Origin: an uncultured marine group III euryarchaeote | GTDB lineage: Archaea > Thermoplasmatota > Poseidoniia > MGIII > CG-Epi1 | Length of the DNA stretch: 64,000 nucleotides | NCBI GenBank assembly: GCA_902627615.1 | Contig: CACOJW010000004.1 | Location: forward strand, 11,965-75,964 | Reading direction: 5' to 3' | The notes under the pieces: generated by a model | The model's input: only the letters and a program-made list of their open reading frames with translations | The model's database searches: none | What the model was told of the DNA's origin: nothing | Position numbers and translations under genes: made by a program | In this document: in pieces, positions 59,308 through 64,000 of the stretch | How positions within the stretch are numbered: the first letter of the stretch is position 1 | How the letters are laid out: every line of letters starts with the position of its first letter

Positions 59308-59673
59308 GTGCCAGGTATAAACCGAATTATAGGAGTTTACCATGCAGATGGAGGTCTAATTGGGGAATTCAAATATATTACAGGTAAATTTTTCGGAGGT
59401 GAACATTGCTCCCTATGTGATATTACACATGGAAGTTTGGGCAAAAAAGATTCATGGAAAAAGTGTGAAATGAAATTACGAATGCCTATTGACTTTGTTC
59501 ATCTGAATGAAAGAAATCCAAAGCTGGAAAAATATACCGATAATTTAACGCCATGTATCGTTGGAAAGACAAGCACTAATTATGTTATGCTTGTTACAAA
59601 AGAAGAACTTGCAGAATGCAATAAAAATCCTGACATTTTGACTTCATTAATAGAAAAAAAAATAGAAGCGTAA
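59308..59673 (+). CDS. Hypothetical protein with HCSLCDITH motif (GTG start)
   Basis: GVYHADGG, HCSLCDITHG, HLNER, TPCI. Confidence 0.75.
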   Translation: MPGINRIIGVYHADGGLIGEFKYITGKFFGGEHCSLCDITHGSLGKKDSWKKCEMKLRMPIDFVHLNERNPKLEKYTDNLTPCIVGKTSTNYVMLVTKEELAECNKNPDILTSLIEKKIEA

Positions 59674-59709
59674 CATCAATCACTAAATAGCTACTATTAT
59701 GGATGAACT

Positions 59710-61092
59710 GTGGAAGAACAAAACGAGTCTCGGCTTCAGGATTTTTTAGACAAACCTGAAAGAGCATTATGGAGTATCGCCCTCCCCGTAATGGCAGGAA
59801 TGGCAATACAAACTATGTACTCTGTAGTAGATATGCTGTTTATTGGGCAATTAGGCGGGGAATCGATTACTGCTGTAGCATTCAATATGCCTCTTTACTT
59901 CTTTGTAATGGGAATAACATTTGGTGTTGGAACTGGTGTTACGTCTTCTATCTCAAGAGCCATAGGTGCTAAGGACAAAGCTAAAGCAGACAACGCTGCT
60001 GAACACGGCCTATTACTTGCTTTATTTCTTGGATTATCATTGACTATTTTTGGGTTATTAATAGGCAAAAAAGTACTATCTGGTTTAGGAACACCTGATG
60101 AAATGCTAGATGAATCTTGGAGCTATCTGAAAGTTACTTGCTATGGTATGACTTTCATAGTATTTGCAATCGTTTTCAGATCAATATTAGCTGGTGAAGG
60201 TGATATGAAATTTCCTGTAATGGTCGCAGTAATAGGAACTATTCTAAACTTAATATTAGATCCAATCTTCATTTTTAATTTAGAAAAATATGGTGGATTT
60301 GGGCTAGGAATGGGGGTTGAAGGTGCCGCACTAGCTAGTGTGGTATCACAAACTATAGTTTTCACAATATTTGTTTACATGCTATTTTGGAGGGAACACG
60401 CATACATTAGCTTTGATTTGAGAAATTTTAACTTTTCCACAGATTTAATGAAAGAAATTCTTTGGGTGGGAATACCTTCATCGATATCAATGATAATTAT
60501 GTCATTTGGCCAAGGAGTCTTTAACTATATTCTTATTGATGGATATGGGCCTGATGCTGTTGCAGCTTACACTATTTCAGGAAGACTTGATATGCTCCTA
60601 TTTTTACCCATTATGGGCATAGCAACTGGATTAGTTACAACTGTTGGAATGTTTACAGGTGCAGAAAGAATGGATAGGGTCAAAGCAATCATAGTCTATG
60701 GAATAAGTCGGGCCTTTGTTATTGTGGCAATCGCATCTGCAATAGTGTTTGCAGCTGCACCTTACATTATGGGATTATTTACAGATGATAAGGCTATTGA
60801 AGAAATTGGCATTAGTGCGCTACGGACACTCTGTTTTGCTTATCCTTTTGTAGGAATAGCTATGCCTTGTGGAAGAATAATGCAAGGACTGGGAAGGGGA
60901 TTTCCTGTATTAGTCATTACTGCATTGAGAGTTTTACTAATATCTGCCCCACTTGGTTACTATTTTGCAAATAATGGCTATGATATTGTTTGGATTTGGT
61001 ACTCCATCGCAATATCAATAGGCGTATCTGCAATCGTGGGTCCAATTTGGGTATTGAAAACCATAAATTCCATAGAAAAATCAATTACTTAA
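59710..61092 (+). CDS. MATE-family efflux transporter (GTG start)
   Basis: IALPVM, YSVVDMLFIGQLG, NLILDPIFIF, MGVEGAALAS, GIPSS; about 12 TM. Confidence 0.94.
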   Translation: MEEQNESRLQDFLDKPERALWSIALPVMAGMAIQTMYSVVDMLFIGQLGGESITAVAFNMPLYFFVMGITFGVGTGVTSSISRAIGAKDKAKADNAAEHGLLLALFLGLSLTIFGLLIGKKVLSGLGTPDEMLDESWSYLKVTCYGMTFIVFAIVFRSILAGEGDMKFPVMVAVIGTILNLILDPIFIFNLEKYGGFGLGMGVEGAALASVVSQTIVFTIFVYMLFWREHAYISFDLRNFNFSTDLMKEILWVGIPSSISMIIMSFGQGVFNYILIDGYGPDAVAAYTISGRLDMLLFLPIMGIATGLVTTVGMFTGAERMDRVKAIIVYGISRAFVIVAIASAIVFAAAPYIMGLFTDDKAIEEIGISALRTLCFAYPFVGIAMPCGRIMQGLGRGFPVLVITALRVLLISAPLGYYFANNGYDIVWIWYSIAISIGVSAIVGPIWVLKTINSIEKSIT

Positions 61093-61157
61093 TCAAATAT
61101 AATACTCCAGTATTACTATAAGAATACCAATATATACTTACTCTGTCAGGTTACCAT

Positions 61158-61331
61158 ATGCCTAAAATTAGTTTAGACATGCCTGCCGAGATAATTGCCG
61201 ATTTGAAACTCCACGTAGGAGATGAAAAAAAATATGTGAGCTTAGCAGATGCAGTTAGAACTGCTTGCAGAAGACTATTAGATCAGTTAGATGAAATAGA
61301 TAAAAGACACGGAAGAATAAAAGAAAAATGA
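61158..61331 (+). CDS. Ribbon-helix-helix (CopG-like) protein, 57 aa (below ORF track cut-off)
   Basis: Manual translation MPKISLDMPAEIIADLKLHVGDEKKYVSLADAVRTACRRLLDQLDEIDKRHGRIKEK; ATGA overlap with next gene. Confidence 0.85.
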   Translation: MPKISLDMPAEIIADLKLHVGDEKKYVSLADAVRTACRRLLDQLDEIDKRHGRIKEK

Positions 61332-62089
61332 TTGAAAAGATAGACCAAGAAGGAGATGAATACCTCATATGGAAGAAAGGCTCGGTTACACTAGAGCAAA
61401 CTCAAGAACCTGTTGCACCGGAGCAACCTATAGAAGAATCTCCAGAACCTAAAAAGAGCGAAATATATTTCATGGACTGGTTTTTTGGAATTAAAACTCA
61501 CAAGGGACAAATGAAAATGATGTATTATTCATTTACATTTTTCTTCTATTACCTTTTTTGTGTTGTAACCGCTTATTTTCTTGAACGGATAAATGCGTCA
61601 GAGCTCGACATTGTCGAAGTTCTCTATCTCTTCCTCTTAGCCATTCCAGTCGCGATAATACTACCGTTCTTTTTACTCTTTATGGGTTTTACTCTCAGCG
61701 GGGGTATTTTCATTGGAATGTTTGTTGGTATTTTCTCTTGGCTCTTTGGAATAGGCGGTAGGTTTCTATACAAACTATTTGGATTCGATATGGACCTCCT
61801 ATTTCCAGAATTTATTGGTAAAAAAGGAGAAATAACTAAACACAATCCATTGGGTAAGTATTCACCCTACCCTTATACTGCTACAGTAGAAAAAATGGGA
61901 TTACCTGGAGACAGTCTTCTTTATAAAAATAATTTTTCAGTTAGATCAAATGACGAATTAGAATTAGGAATGGAAGTAGAAATAATTAAGCACGAGAAGA
62001 GAAGTATTACTTCTTGGATTAAGAATCACCCTACTTTCCTGGTAAGGTCAATAAACGAAAGAAATGTACTAAACAAGGAGAAAATGTAA
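61328..62089 (+). CDS. Membrane protein with NfeD-like C-terminal OB domain
   Basis: About 3 TM, then IGKKGEIT...VRSNDELELGMEVEIIK. Confidence 0.6.
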   Translation: MIEKIDQEGDEYLIWKKGSVTLEQTQEPVAPEQPIEESPEPKKSEIYFMDWFFGIKTHKGQMKMMYYSFTFFFYYLFCVVTAYFLERINASELDIVEVLYLFLLAIPVAIILPFFLLFMGFTLSGGIFIGMFVGIFSWLFGIGGRFLYKLFGFDMDLLFPEFIGKKGEITKHNPLGKYSPYPYTATVEKMGLPGDSLLYKNNFSVRSNDELELGMEVEIIKHEKRSITSWIKNHPTFLVRSINERNVLNKEKM

Positions 62090-62656
62090 ATGATTGAAGA
62101 ATCAATAAAAAATATATTGTTAAAAATAGAAGAGGATGCCGCACTAGACGGTAACGGAGAGCTAAGAGAAGGGCTCAAAAACACACCAAAACGAGTTGTG
62201 GAATCTTGGAAGGAATTGTATTCAGGATATAATAAAAATCCAAAAGACACTCTTGATGCTACATTCAATGGTGAGGGATATGATGGGATTATTCTTCTAA
62301 AAGACATAGAATTTTATTCTACATGTGAACATCACATGCTTTCTTTTACAGGCAAGGCACACGTTGCTTATATTCCAACAGAAAGAATAGTGGGTATTTC
62401 TAAATTGGCTAGAATTGTCGAAGTTTTCTCTAGAAGACTACAAAACCAAGAAAGAATAACAACACAAGTTGCAGATGCTCTTGAAAAATACTTGAAGCCT
62501 CTGGGGGCTGCCATAATCATTGAAGCAAAACATGAATGCATGGGATGTAGAGGAATAAAGAAAAGCCATGCAACAATGACTACATCTGCTATGAGAGGCG
62601 TTTTCTTTGAAAAAGCTGAAGCTAGAGCTGAATTAATGGATTTAATAAAAAACTAG
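62090..62656 (+). CDS. folE: GTP cyclohydrolase I (FolE type)
   Basis: REGLKNTPKRV, STCEHH, GISKLAR, RLQNQER, HECMGCRG. Confidence 0.96.
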   Translation: MIEESIKNILLKIEEDAALDGNGELREGLKNTPKRVVESWKELYSGYNKNPKDTLDATFNGEGYDGIILLKDIEFYSTCEHHMLSFTGKAHVAYIPTERIVGISKLARIVEVFSRRLQNQERITTQVADALEKYLKPLGAAIIIEAKHECMGCRGIKKSHATMTTSAMRGVFFEKAEARAELMDLIKN

Positions 62657-62657
62657 A

Positions 62658-63266
62658 ATGGCAAGAGAAAAAAGTTATCCCATAGTTGAAATCTTTCACT
62701 CTGTTCAGGGTGAAGGCTACCACACAGGGACTCCTAGTATTTTCATTCGTTTTGGAGGCTGTAATCTGAGTTGCTCATGGTGTGATACTGACTTTTCCAC
62801 TTGGAATAGGATGACTGTTTCTGAAATAATAAAAGAGGTTAGAAAGTATTCAACAAAAAGAATAATTTACACAGGGGGAGAGCCTGCGATGCAGAAACTC
62901 AGGGCATTATCCAACGTGCTCCATGATAAAGGCTACAATATAGCTATAGAAACTAATGGAACAATCAAATTGGAAGAAGGATTGGTAGACTGGATTTGTG
63001 TAAGTCCGAAAAATATGGTTCACCCCGAATTTCCTATTAAACAAACTGAGGGAGACGAGCTCAAAGTAGTCTACACTGGACAAGATTTATCGATGTACGA
63101 TGAATTAAAAAAAGGATTCGAGAATTTATTTCTCCAACCCTGTTATGATGAATCAAAAGATGCAGGAATTAACGGCAAAACTTTCCATAGTACTTTTGAC
63201 ATAGTAATGCAAAATCCCGGTTGGAATTTATCGCTTCAGACACATAAATGGATGGGAGTTGAATGA
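62658..63266 (+). CDS. queE: 7-carboxy-7-deazaguanine synthase (radical SAM)
   Basis: EIFHSVQGEG, CNLSCSWCDT, TGGEP, ETNG, SPK, LSLQTHK. Confidence 0.95.
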   Translation: MAREKSYPIVEIFHSVQGEGYHTGTPSIFIRFGGCNLSCSWCDTDFSTWNRMTVSEIIKEVRKYSTKRIIYTGGEPAMQKLRALSNVLHDKGYNIAIETNGTIKLEEGLVDWICVSPKNMVHPEFPIKQTEGDELKVVYTGQDLSMYDELKKGFENLFLQPCYDESKDAGINGKTFHSTFDIVMQNPGWNLSLQTHKWMGVE

Positions 63267-64000
63267 ATAAAATCGCAGTAATGGCATTATCAGGAGGGAT
63301 GGATTCCACAGGACTATTACTACATTTTTTAGCTAGAAACTATGAAGTCCATACTATATCTTATGACTACGGACAAAAGCACAAAATAGAGTTGGAAAGA
63401 GCAAAAGCCAACATAGCTTATCTTTTGGAAAATAATATTAGAGTCACCCAACGAATTGTAGATTTGCAATCTGCGATATCTATTTTTAACTCGGCTTTGA
63501 CTATAGAAGACTTAGAGATTCCTGAAGGGCACTACGAAGAAGAACAAATGAAACAAACTGTAGTACCAAACAGGAATGCTATCTTTGCTTCTATTTTGTA
63601 TGGATATGCACTATCTACAGCTACTAAGCAGGATAAAAATGTCAAAATCGGACTAGGTGTTCATTCAGGAGATCATGAAATTTATCCCGATTGTAGGCCC
63701 GAATTTTATGAAGATTTAGAGAAAGCCTTTCAAATCGGTAACTGGGAAAGTGAAAAGGTTTCGTTTTATCTTCCTTATGTTAAAGGTGACAAAGAAACAA
63801 TATTGAGAGATGCTGAGGACTCTATAGAAAAATTAAACCTCGATTTTGATACAATATTCGCTAATACAAATACTAGCTATAACCCAGATGAAAAAGGGAG
63901 AAGTAGTGGAAAAAGTGGGGCTGATATCGAAAGAATTTTAGCATTCAATGCAGTAGGTCGCAAAGATCCAGTTTCATACGTAGATAGCTGGCCTAAAATC
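63263..64000 (+). CDS. queC: 7-cyano-7-deazaguanine synthase (runs off the window)
   Basis: Manual translation from ATG 63263: LSGGMDST, YDYGQKH, VVPNRNAIF, GDHEIYPDCRPEF. Confidence 0.95.
   Translation, partial: MNKIAVMALSGGMDSTGLLLHFLARNYEVHTISYDYGQKHKIELERAKANIAYLLENNIRVTQRIVDLQSAISIFNSALTIEDLEIPEGHYEEEQMKQTVVPNRNAIFASILYGYALSTATKQDKNVKIGLGVHSGDHEIYPDCRPEFYEDLEKAFQIGNWESEKVSFYLPYVKGDKETILRDAEDSIEKLNLDFDTIFANTNTSYNPDEKGRSSGKSGADIERILAFNAVGRKDPVSYVDSWPKI

Noticed and set aside
59206-59343. Long N-terminal extension of the MFS ORF
   Set aside because: It overlaps the divergent gene and its promoter region; GTG 59205 fits better
585-62307. Many 60-150 aa ORFs in the track that are antisense to or nested in clear genes
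   Set aside because: They lack motifs and are shadows of well-supported genes
62090-64000. Deazapurine DNA-modification (dpd) or phage island
   Set aside because: No dpdA, integrase or viral genes in view; archaeosine precursor synthesis is the simpler explanation, though downstream sequence is unseen

Overview
A gene-dense, AT-rich archaeal chromosome segment. Archaeal markers include an A-type ATP synthase, PAN, aMBF1, RpoD, S8e/L40e, class I LysRS, CarS and SRP19. The low GC, near-zero intergenic spacing and bacterial-type catabolic genes suggest a streamlined marine Thermoplasmatota (MGII/MGIII-like); this placement is inference only. In order, the window holds atpHIKECFA (truncated at the left edge), tRNA-Ile, P5C dehydrogenase and a TrmB regulator divergent from a five-gene beta-oxidation operon. 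That operon converges on a three-gene operon encoding a two-TM DUF3068/CD36-like protein, an anchored alpha/beta hydrolase and an enoyl-CoA isomerase. Then follow proteasome and translation genes, a CNNM transporter with an unusual leader, an MMPL/RND transporter, the S13-S4-S11-rpoD-tRNA-Leu cluster, surface proteins, a large kexin-like protease, L1-L10-L12, a four-gene ABC-2 system, dnaJ, a Rieske oxygenase, MFS and MATE transporters, and RHH-NfeD-like-folE-queE-queC (truncated at the right edge). I saw no mobile element, CRISPR array or rRNA. The best candidate for an undescribed system is an archaeal fatty-acid scavenging module: a CD36-like receptor and an atypical lipase-like hydrolase linked to unsaturated fatty-acid beta-oxidation. 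Other leads are an L1 leader with an apparent ATC start, a uORF plus hairpin ahead of CNNM, repeated loss of metal-binding cysteines (QueC, RpoD, an FTCD insert) and a homopolymer frameshift in rps8e. All calls come from reading the sequence; no searches were run.
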